Source: Lytechinus pictus (taxonomy: Eukaryota). Taken from it: 64,000 nt of DNA. Below the pieces are notes generated by a model. It ran no database searches and was not told the DNA's origin. It worked only from the letters and a program-made list of their open reading frames with translations. Shown piece by piece: positions 39,381-53,301 of the stretch. The DNA is taken from assembly GCF_037042905.1 (NCBI RefSeq), contig NC_087251.1:5706001-5770000 (forward strand), given 5' to 3'. Each line of letters starts with the position of its first letter. Within the stretch, counting starts at the first letter, position 1. The position numbers and the translations under genes were made by a program.

Positions 39381-41446
39381 CACTGGCGCAAATCCGGTCC
39401 GAGTATTGGGAATGAAAGCAATATATTGACCTGAAAATTAAAATTTGGGGGACAACCCTACACTTGTGGGGGTACGGGTTATATAACCCTGTACATAATC
39501 TTTCAGTTAAAGGCCTTTTATTTCATTGGCTATAATTGTGGCTATAATTGTAATGAAATAGTTGCGTTATCTAGGCTGACCTACAGTTGATATCCAAATG
39601 CGAGCGAGCAAATCTTCAGTAATTGGAAGACATGATGATCAACGTATTCCATGAGGTATGATTACTGGATGCGGCGAGTGAGCATAGCGAGAAATTACCG
39701 CATCGCGGGCTATATGTACAAGGGTTTATAACTGCGTGCATCTTTCACTTCAAGGACTCTTACGATGTTTTCGATGGCTATATTGCAATGGATTGTTCTG
39801 ACGCAAACTACTGGATAACAGTTATTGCGAGCGAGCAAAATTTCCATTGTTGGAAGACAAAATCATTACCGAATCGTCTTTCATGGGAGTGTTATTGTGA
39901 ATTGAGACGGTGAGCGTAGTAGCGAGTCTTATAAAGGTTCCTCCAATCGTTTGAAATTATGGATTAATTACAGAGGATAGTAATGGTATGTTATCAATAA
40001 CGTAAACTTTAGAAGACTGTTTACAAGTAGTATATAAAAAGAGCAAATATTGATTAAATAGGAAAATGCTGACTTGATTAAAAAGGAAAATGCTGACTTG
40101 AATAAATAGAGAAAAATCAAACTAGCATAGTGCTGAAAATTTCATTAAAATCGGATATAAAATAAGATAGTTATGACATTTTTAAGTTTCGCTTATTTTT
40201 CACAAAACAGTGATATGCACAACTAGGTGAGTCAGTCGATGATGTCAATCACTCACTATTTCTTTTGTTTTTTATTGTTTGAATTATACAATTTTTCATT
40301 TTTAATAGATTTGACAATAAGGACCAACTTGATTGAACCATATAGTATTAAACAATGCTCATTCCACATGTTCAGAGAGGAATTAATCGTTGTTTCACTT
40401 GACAATGGGGAGAAAATTAGAATATTTCATATTTCATATAATAAAATACACAAGAAATAGTGAGTGGATGACGTCATAGTCTCCTCCTTTGCATACCAGC
40501 CAGGATGTGCATATAATTACTGTTTTGTGAAATTAAGCGGAACTTTAAAATGTCATAACTTTCTTATTTTACATCCGATTTTGATGAAATTTTCAGTGTT
40601 ATGTTTGTTGGATTTTTCTCTTTTTATTCAAATCAACTTTTTGTTGGGGGTGGACTTGTCCATTAAAGGTGAGATGAGAATGAAAACAAAAATCGGATCA
40701 TAATTTATCGGGAATAAGGGTGTGATATAAATTGATTATAGGCCATCGCAGTCCACAATATAGATTTTCAAAAACGTGGTAATAACACAACGATGTATAC
40801 ATATTATGAAAAGGAAAGATTTCGAATAATTCTAAGATTATATTGGGAGATGATGCAACATTCAATTTTTTTAGCAAAATTCATTTTTTAGATATATTTA
40901 TTACATTGTTGTGTTAATTAATGTAATTTAGATGGATAAATAGTATAAAGATGACTGTTTCATTAACGGAATTGATGTCATCAGTAACTACGTTAGGCCA
41001 GATGACCCCCCCCCCCCCCCCATTCCTGAAAGTATATATTTAAAGGATGTTTTGATTCGTTTATGACAAAAGTCATAATCATTGTAAAAGTCATTGCCGG
41101 AATCACATATAAGTAGAATCCCAAGATGCAGTGGATATAACCTTTGCTACTAGCTAAACGTAGGGGTTTGTCATGGCCTAATTCTTGTAGGAATCGATTG
41201 AGTGCGGGAGCGGAGCGACCGCCCGATAAATTTTGCATTTTTAGAATGCAAAATCAGGTAATTTTAAGCACTTTGATAGCATTTAAAGATGAATCCACAC
41301 AGTCATTAACAGTAGTATTAATCATTTGATGAGAAAAAAACAATTTCCATCTTGAAATGTGGGGGATGATTGTACGTGCCATCCCCCCTCTCCGAAAAGT
41401 GGGGGGGGGGGATGTATTCCCCATCCCCCCGGGATTTACGCCCGTG
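39381..41446. mobile_element. Older non-autonomous hAT-like element
   Basis: TIRs CACTGGCGCAAATCC and GGATTTACGCCCGTG match 13/15; flanks GAAGTGGG and GAAGGGGA match 6/8. Confidence 0.65.
40098..40662. mobile_element. Kolobok-like MITE, left end eroded, same family as 34536-36878
   Basis: Colinear with 34567-34996 plus 36738-36878; right end GGGGTGGACTTGTCCA|TTAA. Confidence 0.85.
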
Positions 41447-44073
41447 GAAGGGGATTATATGCCATAGATGTCTTTATGGTATATGCCCACTCATAGTACT
41501 GACGTCTCGCAAATAAAAGCGATTTAGATACCAGCTATAAAGGCAAACCAATTTTTGTACACTGATTTGGTAAAGTGCCAAGTTATGACTGTCATCAGCT
41601 AAAAAAGGAAAACAATCATATTTTAATTGCGGAAGATGGTACCAAGGACACAAGTATCATATTCTTTTATTCTTCATTGTATTTAATGATGCAGGTGTGT
41701 ATCTAGACCGTTTCCTGTACAGCTCATAAATAGTAAAACTCTTTTTTCCTACTGGTATTTTTCTGTGTTTTTTAAATGATGTTTACAAAGTAATAGCTGA
41801 TGAAAATATAAACTTTTCGAAAGGTAAAACACATTCCGAGACTTTTGAGCCATATGAACAGAAGGGAAGATATGGTTTTATAATAAAACTTTTTTTTTAA
41901 TGTTTGTAATTGATTTTTAGGTGGGGTATCTAAAAAAAAGGTTAGATTTTAAAAGGAGATAGCCTATAATGGGCGGACCCAATACCCCCCGGGACCCAAT
42001 AACTTAAGTCGTTCATTCCGTTATTTTGTTATCTGAGTATGGAAAGGGTTAAGTCAACTAGTAAAAGGCATTTAAAAAAAAGGAAAAGAAAAGAAAATCG
42101 TACCAGGGTTACTCTCTTCACAAACGTTGAAATGGATTGTGCCAGCCACGAGACCCACTTGAGCCTGACACGTCCCGCCGACAGATCGGGCGCGTGTACC
42201 GACCTGCCCTGGTAGGTCACGGTGGGGACAAACCTATACACGTCAACTCAAAATCAAAACAAATAACTTCACTTCTCATTTTTCTTAGCCCCCCCCCCCC
42301 TTCCCTCTCTCTCTCCCCCTCTCTCTCTATTTCTCCCTTTTACTTCCCTCTAGATTTTAGACCTCCTTTTTTTGCTTGTGGTGGGCAAGGGCGTAGGAGT
42401 TTCTAGTCGATCAAAGTCCATGGAGCATGGAGTAGGTCCATGCTTGGAGGCAGATATTGGCTTTGGTGTAAAAGAGTAATTTGATTGTTGCTAGTATTCT
42501 GTTTTTCTCATTTTCATCAACTTGCCTCATTTTGTCATAAATAGAAGTGATTTGAAGAGTTAGGACATTGACAGACACGCATATGGTGAAATACGTAACT
42601 TGTTTACAATCATAAAACTTGTTTACCGAGGATCCATCGGCCTTCCTCCATGCATTATTTCTTTTTGGGGGCCTAATTTTATTCAAACATTGTTGACATA
42701 ATGATAAAAGAAACACCGAAAGAGGGAGGAAGAGAGAGGCGGGGGGGGGGGGGGGTCTGTAAGCGACACAGACTGTGATAGACCTAATGATTAAAATGGA
42801 CCTATTATGAATCAATTAATTGATCTTAATACCAAATAGACAAATAAAGTAATAAATGTTTGAAAACCTAACATAATTTTGAATAACACTGAAATCAGAA
42901 ATGATAATAGGCTTATTGAATAGGACCAATAAAAAGTAAGGTTCTAATAAACAAATTAAAAAAATGAATGACTGGTTTTTTTTTAGTATAAAATTCTGAA
43001 GCTTTACATAAAATATCGTAACAAACATCAGTTTCTCGCCCTTATAGCCTTTGACTTTTCAATCTACTTCGATCCTCGCCCCTCCCTCACTATACCATCT
43101 TCACCATGTTTGGCATATCGGCCTTATAGCGCTTCGATCCTGTGTAGACAGCTCGACCCTCTCCCCAGGTCGATTCGATGTGTAAGATTAAAACAAAAAC
43201 GGTAGAAGGGTGTCTTCCTGTTTACCAGCAAGTCGTTGTCGCCGATTTGTGTTTTTAAAATGTCTAATGATTTGATACCTATCTTTACGGGGTCGAAGGA
43301 TGAATGCCCACTAAAACCAAGACACAACAAAACTTCTACCTTGAAAGCCAGACAATGATGTTTTATTTACATTACGCAAATAACTTTCTCGTGTTACTAC
43401 ATTATCCAGTACGTGTTGGTATATACGTGTTTATGTTCACCTAGGCATATACACCTGCCGGGAACACGAACAAATAAACATTATTACGTCACACAAATCG
43501 ACCGGTATCAGTGATCTCAATCACTGACATGAACTGGTGTCGATGTTATATAATTATGTTTTTCCTCCTTATTTTTTTAAATATGAATTATTTTTATGGG
43601 GAGGTAGGGTTCTTTTATTGTGTTCAGTAACAATTGCTCATCATTGGAAAAGGAATTGGGGTAATTTTTGAGCCAGTTTGAATAAGCCCAAGGTATTTTC
43701 TATTGTTTATTTAAAATCTGGTTTCAAAATTTTCTGAGCGCGTCATATTAAAAAACTTAACCTTAAATGGTTATGTAACCCATTCCCCCATCGACCATCA
43801 CTTGTGATATCAAATTGTTTATGAAACTTTAATTGTTAAGATTACGATTATTCAAATAACCTTTGACTCAGCAGTAGGTTTCTTTTTCTTCATTATAAAT
43901 AATGATTAATGGATTTGATCTGCTGATCAACTCTTGTATTGGTATTTTGTTTAATTATTTCTATTTAATTATAGAATCAAAATAAAACCAATTATACACT
44001 AAATACCTGACACCCCTTTCCGAAAATTGAATGACGTATTGAACTATATAGTACTACAGATATATATAACACC

Positions 44074-44294
44074 GATTGATTGATTGGTGGTGATTTTTTA
44101 CCTGATGGCTAAGAAAGTATAAATGATTGTAAGCAAGCAACCAGATGCAGATGACCGACGGCTTAATCCTCTCCGACGGACCTGGTACTGAGGATTAATG
44201 CCTTACCAAATGGCACTAGCGCACCGAGTGGGAATCGAACCCGGGTCGCCGGAATACGAATATCCCGCTCTACCGACTGAGCCATCGCGCCTCC
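44074..44294 (-). mobile_element. tRNA-derived SINE
   Basis: Minus strand reads GGAGGCGCGATGGCTCAGTCGGTAGAGC (A-box) ... GGGTTCGATTCCC (B-box), then a body with GTCCGTCGGAGAGGATTAAGCCGTCGGTC and a (CAAT)n tail. Confidence 0.85.
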
Positions 44295-47009
44295 CATTCT
44301 TTCTTCAAACTAGTAATGAACGTTCCAATTCCGTTCAAATCGTGAATTCGGCAGTAATCCTCCTTAGTGGATCGTGTTTTCCCCGTCCATAAGGTCGCGG
44401 GTTTAAGGTCGAAATTCGGTCCTTTAATGGTGGTAAATATTGTGTAATAGCTCTAGCACAATATCCCTTTACTGCAAATTTTTTTAACTCGCGTCTTGTT
44501 TACTGATTACAAATCAGAAAAGTGATCGAAATTAATGTAACATAGAGGATTAGGTTGTCTCATTATATGTCGTGTCCTTCTACATTTCAAACACAAATGC
44601 ACATTAAACTAGGAAGGCGTGACCCCCGGTGGCAGACTAGGGGAGACAATCATCGTCTGGGGCAATAAGGACGAAGTTGAGACAGGTAATATGGATCATG
44701 ATGATACATATTAAATACAAAGTGACGGACTGGAATGATTTAAATAACTTTCAGACAAATACTCCAGATGTAAGTCTCAAAGAAAGCGATTACAGGCAGC
44801 AATTTTCAAGTCGGAGCAATAGGCCTATATACAGTGGATGATTGTGATGAATTAATTGAGCAGAAGGCATGATGGTATAATGAAATAATGAACAATGTTC
44901 GCTTTTTCTTAAAAAAAAGACCGATGCACTTAAGAAAAACTCACACAAGACAATCTAAACCAGAAACAAAATTGTGATATTGACCCCCCCCATGCAATGC
45001 TATCTTCCACGTGGATGTCAAGACTCCCCTGCCCCCCCCCCCCCCACGCCCACTCAGCAGCATGAAAGTACCAATACCTTTTAATATTATCGATTTTAAA
45101 ACATGCATCTTAATGGCCCCTATAATGATTCCGTAGTGATTACTCATAAATTTATGAAACTATCACTATCAACGTGACGTGATGGCGCTTTAGGTTGAGA
45201 TGTGGATGCGGGGCATATTATTTACAAGCGATCGAAGCGAGCCAACCAGAAAATATTCGCATTTCAAAAGAATGATTGTTTTGTAGACTCGGCATGACAA
45301 CTTGTTCAAATCGGTCAGATACTTTACAATGTACGGTTTGCTTTCTTTCCGAATAAAAAGGGAATAAAATACAACATATATCAGTCTATTGACTCTGATC
45401 ACATCCATGGATGTACCAATATAACTGTTCCCTACCCTAAAACGGTGGACGGATTATGTTCCTAGCGATCAACATGGTGGAGGTGGGAGATGTTATGCAG
45501 GTATTGAGCGCGGACTTTTTGTTCAATAGAATGAAAAAAACCGCATTTATGCCCTATAGAAGAGGCGTTACCGTTGGGATTCCACAGTGACGTAATGAGC
45601 CAAAATTTGTGAAGGGGTGAGGTATGGCGTATCGGGCAAACTTTGGAGATCTTTTATTACCAATATCCAATGTCTTGATAGATTTTGATATAATATTCTG
45701 AAAAGAATATAACATGTCACCCTTCTCTATTTCATTTTTCTTGGTCGTGAAAAATTTGGGGGTGCAAGTGCCCCCAAGCCCACCCCTCCTCCCATTTGTA
45801 CGCCTCTGTGACTCTGTGGTATCACGTCATCAGGGAGAGAAGGGGCGGGTCAAGGGAGGGGGTAGGACAGAATAATAACTTTCTGCATTTAATGTCATTC
45901 CATTTATGTCAAAAATATATCTTCCCCTAAAACCACTGCACTTTTCACAAAAATGAGATAAAATATGTTGTTATTGGTTAATTAATCGTTGTCATTGTTG
46001 TTGCCGGTGTCTTCGTCGTCTTTTCAATCATCGTCCAGCACCCCAAATACAGGCATGCCCTTCAAAAAAAATAAATAAACGAAATCGACCCGTTTTTCAT
46101 TAAAATCCATTCAAGCTATAATTTAGGTCGATTGGATTTTATTGAAATTGTTCGGGTAATCGTGCTATGTCGATGTGAAAGTCATCTTCACCTTCTCATC
46201 CTGTGTTTTATTTCAGATTATATATAGAGAGATAGGCAGACAGAGTCAGTGAAAGAGACGGAGGGAGAGAGAGAGAGAGAGGGGGGGGGGTATATTTTTG
46301 TATTTATTATATTGATAGCAACAGCAGTGTTTATCGACAATCGTAGGACGTAATTCGACTCCTGCACGCGACAAGTCTTGACGTACAGTCCTACCCTGGG
46401 CCAAATTTGGCGATTAGCCAATCCCGAAACTTCAATCAAAACTTTTGTTACGCCTCTTTATCTTCTTTTTTTTTCTGCTTGCATTGTTTATGTATATATA
46501 GGTTGTTTTCAAACTTGGAGTAAGGCCATTGTTCTGACGCCCTGCGCCAGAGATGTTTTTCAGGAGGGCAAAATAATGTTCTGACAGACTTGAGGGTCAA
46601 ATCTGAAAGGGGATTGGATTAACCTTTATAAGATTTAGATAACAATGCACTAAAACGATTTGAATTACTATTATCTGCTCTTTTCCAATTCTGTATGTAT
46701 TCATTATGATAAGTCGATAGGGAGGATGACTGCACTCCCATGGTGAAATAATTTATCATCGTTAGTCCCGTTAGTCCAACCATGGACCTATATGGTCCAA
46801 CATTGCCGAAAATATGCCTAATATCATGATGAAAGACTGTCCACTTAACACGAAAGGTCAGAAGCAACATGTTGTAGCTATCGATAAGTTTCTAGTCGTA
46901 GTTTCTTTATCTCGACAAAATATCCCATCTGATTGGTTTCATAATTAGTTTATTTGATGGAATCTTTGAATCGAAATATATTGACAAAAGCGGTGGTGAT
47001 GAAGCTCTG

Positions 47010-47250
47010 ATGATGATAACGACGGTGATCTCAATGATGATGATGATGATAATGGTGATGATATTGAGAAAGGTGATTATTAAGATAATGGTAATGATGG
47101 TGATACATTAGTGACGATGTTGGTGGTGTTGATGATGATGATGATGATGATCATGATAACTATGATGATTGTGGTATTGAAGATGGTGATTATTGAGATA
47201 ATGGTGATGTTGGTGGTGGTGGTGTTGTTGTTGTTGGTGGTGATGATGGT
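47010..47250. repeat. Degenerate (GAT/GGT/GTT)n trinucleotide repeat
   Basis: Directly visible low-complexity tract. Confidence 0.9.
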
Positions 47251-48889
47251 TATAAAAGAGATAATGTTGTCATACCCTTGAAACCGACTCCATATCGACC
47301 AATGGTTTGACATCCAAAATAGCATTGACCTGATCGCCCGAGGTGTGAGTCGGTTTCCTAGGTGTGATTATGTTGAGGTTTCAACACGTTCATGGTCGCA
47401 TGTGTTCTGATACGTGACATTTTCCATGTTACTAAATAAATCTACATTTACCTATTTAACAAACGATAGAAAAATCCCCCACGCAAAGGTGATTGCAAAT
47501 AACGGGACACCGTTACCCCCTTGTCATTGTTCGCAATAACAATAGAGAACCCAATCTTCAGAACCTGTAGATCAAATCTTCTTTGGATGAGATTGATAAT
47601 CAAATGTTTACAGTACATTGCAACACACGATGAGAACTGATTGATACACCTTTATTTCATCATGGTGGGCCAGGGGGTATAGAAAAGATTCTTGTTATTG
47701 ACAAATACATCTCTTATTAATGATTCCCATAAATCGAACGTGCACCCCTTTCCCCGTTTAGAATACAATTCTCGATTCAGGAGAGCCTTCGATGACATGG
47801 TTAACTGCCCTTGCATGAAGGGCGTTTCCAACTCATGCAATATTATGATAAAAATACTTTATTTATAAGAAAACATGTTTGCCTCCCCTAATATTTCAGA
47901 GGAGAAAAAAGAAATCTATATCCCTTCCTTTAGAAGTGTTTTGATCATGTTTTGACGAACATTGTACATGTTGTATTTTGAGTGCAATATTATATCGTCA
48001 TTTGCCATGTTGACAATGCTGAGATTGTGAATTGCGCAATGGCGAATATTCGTAGGGAAATTGTCATGACCGTTGATACCTCAACGACTTAACCAGGGCC
48101 CTGGAAACGATTTTGAAGTGGGGGTGCTGATGTAAATTTGAAAAGAAAAAAACAAACAAAAAATTGAGGTTAATTTGGTCCCTAGAAATTTAAAAAGGAA
48201 AAAAAAGAAGGGGTTTCACTGCAAAATGAATGTCATTTTGGTTACATTTTTCCATATCTTCCAGAATACCTGGGGTGCTGTTTATGGAGAATACTACACG
48301 CAGCACCCCCATGGAATTTTTGGGAGAAAGAAGTATTAAAAGTTAGGTTTGGTGTCATACAAGTATATCAATTAATTTGGGTAAAATGTCCTCTTGCTCT
48401 GCCCCCCATCGAAATCCCCCAGGCCCTGGCGACTCTCCCGTTGACCTACAGTAGGTCTAAATAAAGAAAATTGTTTATATATAGTTATTACAACAAGCAA
48501 ATCAATATTTAATGATACAATAAGAAATCCAAGGTGACATACTGATACAAGAGTTCAAATTCGGATCATGAACGCCCCCGTGGCAACCTTTATCGTGTTA
48601 ATTGGCAAGTATCCAAACAAATGATGCAATCAGTGGTATAGATTTATATCGCATTAAAGCATTACCATATTCAGATTAATATCGGGACTTTATTACTAAT
48701 ATTCATGAAAATTACATGATTCGTTTCTACTTAGTTGGATATAAATTTTATACAATTACCATATCTCATTTCCCATTTGTACATTGCCCCTCTGTTGATG
48801 CGTCGCTTCTAATTGTTCTGTGGGGTTGCTCTCGTGCTCGTGTGACGCTCGTGCCAAAAAAAAAACGATACCAAGAAACAGCTACACAG

Positions 48890-49105
48890 GAGGTATATGA
48901 TCTGCGCAGGAGATCACTGCGATATCTCCTTTCTGAGATCAAATTCCACATTAAAGATTTAAAAAACAAAACAGTTTTAATCCGATATACCTTTTACAGA
49001 GGTATGATCTGCGCAGGAGATCACTGCGATATCTCTTTTCTGAGATCAAATTTCACATTAAAGATTTCAAAAACAAACAGTTTTAATCCGATATACCTTC
49101 TACAG
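48890..49105. repeat. Two-copy ~108-bp tandem duplication
   Basis: GAGGTA(TA)TGATCTGCGCAGGAGATCACTGCGATATCTC... starts at 48890 and again at 48999. Confidence 0.9.
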
Positions 49106-52100
49106 AAGGGCTACGAAATAATTTCGATTGGCAAATTATTGGTCAGGTTTGTTCTATCAATCCTTGATTCAATAAAATGAATTAAAATGGTGAAATATAA
49201 AGAGACAAAAAAGAAACATGTATACAATCATATAGAAGACGATTTTTGTGTTGCTACAATGAAGGAGAAATGATTCAAGTCAATATACAAGAATTCTGAA
49301 TCGTATAGGGTGGCGAAATAAATGTGTTTGGAATGTGTCCAGGAGAGGAAATTATGAAATAACGAAACGAAATCGATACGGTGACAATGTCAATGCGTGG
49401 GCAATCACATCAACATGAAGCCGTTTAACTTCCAATTGTTCTAGTCAGGTAAAATAGATTACGTTTCAACAAAGTAAAAATAGAAATTCTATCTCTTAAA
49501 CTTTTCGATGACATATAAACACGGATGATATATAAAACAAATAAAAAGAAAACGAGTGTAAACTACCAAAAACATAATGATAATGATTTCACGTCAATGA
49601 ACTTTATCAATATCAACTGCTTGGTTCTGAAAAAATTATTCAGCTAACGTTAATGGCGGAATCACTCAATGACATAAATTAACACATTTATAACATTCTC
49701 GTCATCGATCGTGTCCATAGGAACATAATCATCATCAGACATCGGGACATCGCCACCCCAAGCCATGATAAATGGAACGATCCTCTGAATAAGCTTACTT
49801 AATTCATCATTCAGGCTAAAACTAAAATATATAAAAACATTCAAACTAAAAGTCTTTACCATAAACAAATATATATACAGTATATATAAATCTTTGTAAA
49901 AGGCAGTATCCGGGTCAGAGCCTACTCTAATTTCAACGAAAGTGACAAGATGGGAAACACCCTAGAACCTACCCATCAAACGGAGAGACACGCATCCAGG
50001 TGATTCCTAAATTACTTCTCATTAGTGTGATGGGAAAACGAGCTGTACAGCTTTATATAATAATGGATTTGATTCGCGCAATCAAGTTGAATTATCTAGC
50101 TCTTTGAAGCCCCCCACACTCTGTCACCGAATCATGTCCGCCTTAACAAGTTTTTTTTTCAAAAGGATCGGGTTGATTTTCCGACTAAATCGAATTTAAA
50201 GCCATTTTCTAAAAAAGGCTTTGTGTTTTATTATAATGCTATCAAGTTTTGGTGATCAGATGATAGAAAATGCAGGATTTTTAAAATATTGGTGATGTAT
50301 AAGGCAATAAGTTAAAATTTTGTCGCTGAAAACATAATGGACCAGCAAGCAGTTGCTCACAATGAAATGTAAAGTGTAATAAATATTACTCAAATAATGA
50401 GCCTTGGTTTGAACTCGACCCAATTTAGGTCAAAGTACATTATAATGAATCAGTCTGTTTTCACAACTACAAACAGTCAACAAGAGACGGAAAAAATAAA
50501 ATCTCCCTGCCATTATGAGACGACAGTGACTCGAAATGGATCACCAAATATAGTTAACGATGCTCACAATAGGGGAATTTAAGTTTTGGAAATGTTATAA
50601 TAAATAAAGTGAATATTGAGATCTAATTTTGTCAAATCGCTTGTCAAAAAGCTCAGGGAGTGTAAAAAAAAAATTATGGTTGTTGGAAAAATATGAGACA
50701 TTTATCATTAAGAATTTTTTTATTAGACAATGTTGTTAAAACTCGGTCCCCGGGTATGTAGTTCTAAAAAGAAGGGGAAAGTTTCGGCAACAAATAATAC
50801 AGTTTTCTGTAGGTCCCTCCATGGAAAATCAGGGGCCGCAGAATCGTTTTGAAATTATGGAGGGGGGGGGGGCTGACCATGTAATAAAAAACAACAACAC
50901 AATCAGATGATAATTTGTATATGTTGTAATTGTTTCATTAAAAATATGTTTGTGAGTGTGTGTGTGTGTGGGAGGGGGGGGGGGTAATCTCCCCCCTCAG
51001 TTTCGCGACTCCTTAATAATATAATTATTACAAGAACAATAATAATGTTACGATTGTATGATAAAATATATGTATTCTTTAAAAATTCTTGTTGATATTA
51101 ATGACTGATTTTAACTCCATTTTTTGATATATTCGCAATGCAAACATGCACGTTCAAAGAGAAACATCGTAACAACATAATAGACATGTTCTTAAATCAG
51201 TTATTGTGCTTTTACTATCTATACAATTTACTCTTAAACATGTGTGTTCTTATGTATAGTCAGTTTATTATTCATTAGTGCATAAGGTTTTTGTTGTTGT
51301 TATAACATGTATGTAGGCAGTTCTGTAAACATGTTGTGTTTGTATATTAACTTGTAAATATGTTAATAAATATATAAAGAAAAAAAAAACATAATAGAAT
51401 TGTGATTGTTATTAGGAATTAATGATTTATATGATTATGATTATTTTCCAGTGAATGTACAATATTTGTTTACTTTTGTTTGGATTTCTACCGAAGGAAA
51501 ATCGTGTGGGTTCATACTTATTTAGATTATAAAAACACAGTTTGACACCAATCTTTCATCAGGGGATGAAGTGCAGCTGACCTCTAAAATCTCGATGCAA
51601 ATGACAACCTCCTTTCTCCCTAGGAGCGAAAATAATATAAAATGAATCAATTTTGGAAAGCCTATATAGATGATATTTTCCACACATGTCAGAGGCAGGA
51701 CCATCAGACACAATCAGACGGTCACAGATGTTGTTTTCGTTCCATGATGAACCTTGATGACTGATTTCGCGCGCTTTTTCACTTAGTCATTCCCGCCAAA
51801 ACTAGCCTACTGATCCAGACCTGACGAACTTTTTAATTACACGATCACATTGATTACGAGTATAATCATTTATACCCATAACGTTCTTTCGCGACCATAT
51901 TAAATTTTGATAAAAGAAACGAAAAAATGCAACAGCTTCCCTCTCTCCCCCCCCCCAAATGAAATCAGGGTCCACAAAATTGTTGATGAGAGATTGTAAT
52001 GTGTGTCAATATTTTGAAGTTACAGAAACACCCAGACTATAAATCTCAATTAGTTGGTTGCCATAAAAGGATGCTGCTATCTCTTAACATCTCGCAACTC

Positions 52101-52147
52101 ACAAAATTTGTATAATAAAGAAGGCGCGATAACTATGACAGTTTTAA

Positions 52148-52715
52148 AGGGATGGTCCGGGCTGAAAATATTTATATCTAAATAGATAGAGTAAAATTCA
52201 CGGAGCAAAATGCTGAAAATGAAATCGGATAACAAATAACGAAGTTAATGAATCTTTAAGTTTATGGATATTTTGTGAAAACAGTTATATGCACATCGTC
52301 ATGAATATTCATTAGGTGGGCTGATGATGTCACATCCCCACTTTCCTTTTTCTTATGTTATTTCATGAAATCATGTTTCATTTTTTTTATACATTGTGTA
52401 AATGATGTGTCCCCATTATGATTAAATAAGTTGTGGCAATAGATAACTAATGCACTTAATCAGTTGTCAATCCAATTGTTTTAGTTCTTGGAAGACAATT
52501 TTTGAATAAACCTAATAATGAAATACAAAAGAACAAGTGGGGATATGACATCATCAGCCCACCTAATGAATATTCAAAAGACATGCCTAGAACTGTTTCA
52601 CCGGAATAATGCAAATCTTTAAAATTCAATAACTTTGTTATTTTTTATCCGATTTTGCTGTGTGAAATTTACTCTATTTATTGAAATATAAATATTTTCA
52701 GCCTAGACCATCCCT
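52148..52715. mobile_element. Kolobok-like MITE
   Basis: TTAA|AGGGATGGTCCGGGCTGAAAATA ... TATTTTCAGCCTAGACCATCCCT, with long internal inverted repeats. The right TTAA is lost. Confidence 0.82.
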
Positions 52716-52784
52716 GATTTGTTGTTGTTTTTTAATATAGGAATAGAGTAGAATCGAAGGGGCACCCCAAATAATATCATTTTA

Positions 52785-53301
52785 ATGGAGGAGCCCACCC
52801 CCAAAAGAAATGGGAAAAATGAATAAAGAAACATGTTAAAAATTCATTGAAATCGGATGCAAAATATGCAAGATATTTTTTAATTTTGCTTATTTTTTCA
52901 CGTAACCGGCAGCATATCGATTTATACAAATGGGAGAGTGGATGTCACTTACTTTTTCTCTTATATTCTATAATTTTGATGATACACTATTTCATCTTTT
53001 GCAGATTTTACAATGAAACTTCTCATCAAATCACAATTAATTACAATGGCAGGGAGGAATCAAAGTTTGTTTCGCAGTATGAGAAAAGTAATCAGTTCAT
53101 ACTGAAATAGAAAGTGCTATTGGTCCCCACATTTGCTTATAATAGATCAGAATATGAACATAATTGTTTTGTAAAACTACGCAAAACTGAAAATGCCATA
53201 TTTTTGTTGGTTTTATTCTATATCTGATTTTGATGACATTTTAAGTTATTCTTGTCTTTTTATTCGAATCAACTTTTTGTTGAGGTATACTTCCCCTTTA
53301 A
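52785..53301. mobile_element. Highly degraded Kolobok-like MITE related to 40098-40662
   Basis: Patchy colinear similarity; right end ..TACTTCCCCTTTAA. Confidence 0.5.

Noticed and set aside
44215..44294. Possible tRNA gene on the minus strand
   Set aside because: A and B boxes are present, but I cannot fold a convincing acceptor or anticodon stem, and it continues into a SINE body and microsatellite tail.
48716..49180. 154-aa plus-strand ORF
   Set aside because: Spans a tandem duplication read in different frames; no domain recognised.
49662..49868. Minus-strand ORF containing MAWGGDVPMSDDDYVPM
   Set aside because: Short, with no recognisable domain and no convincing partner exons.
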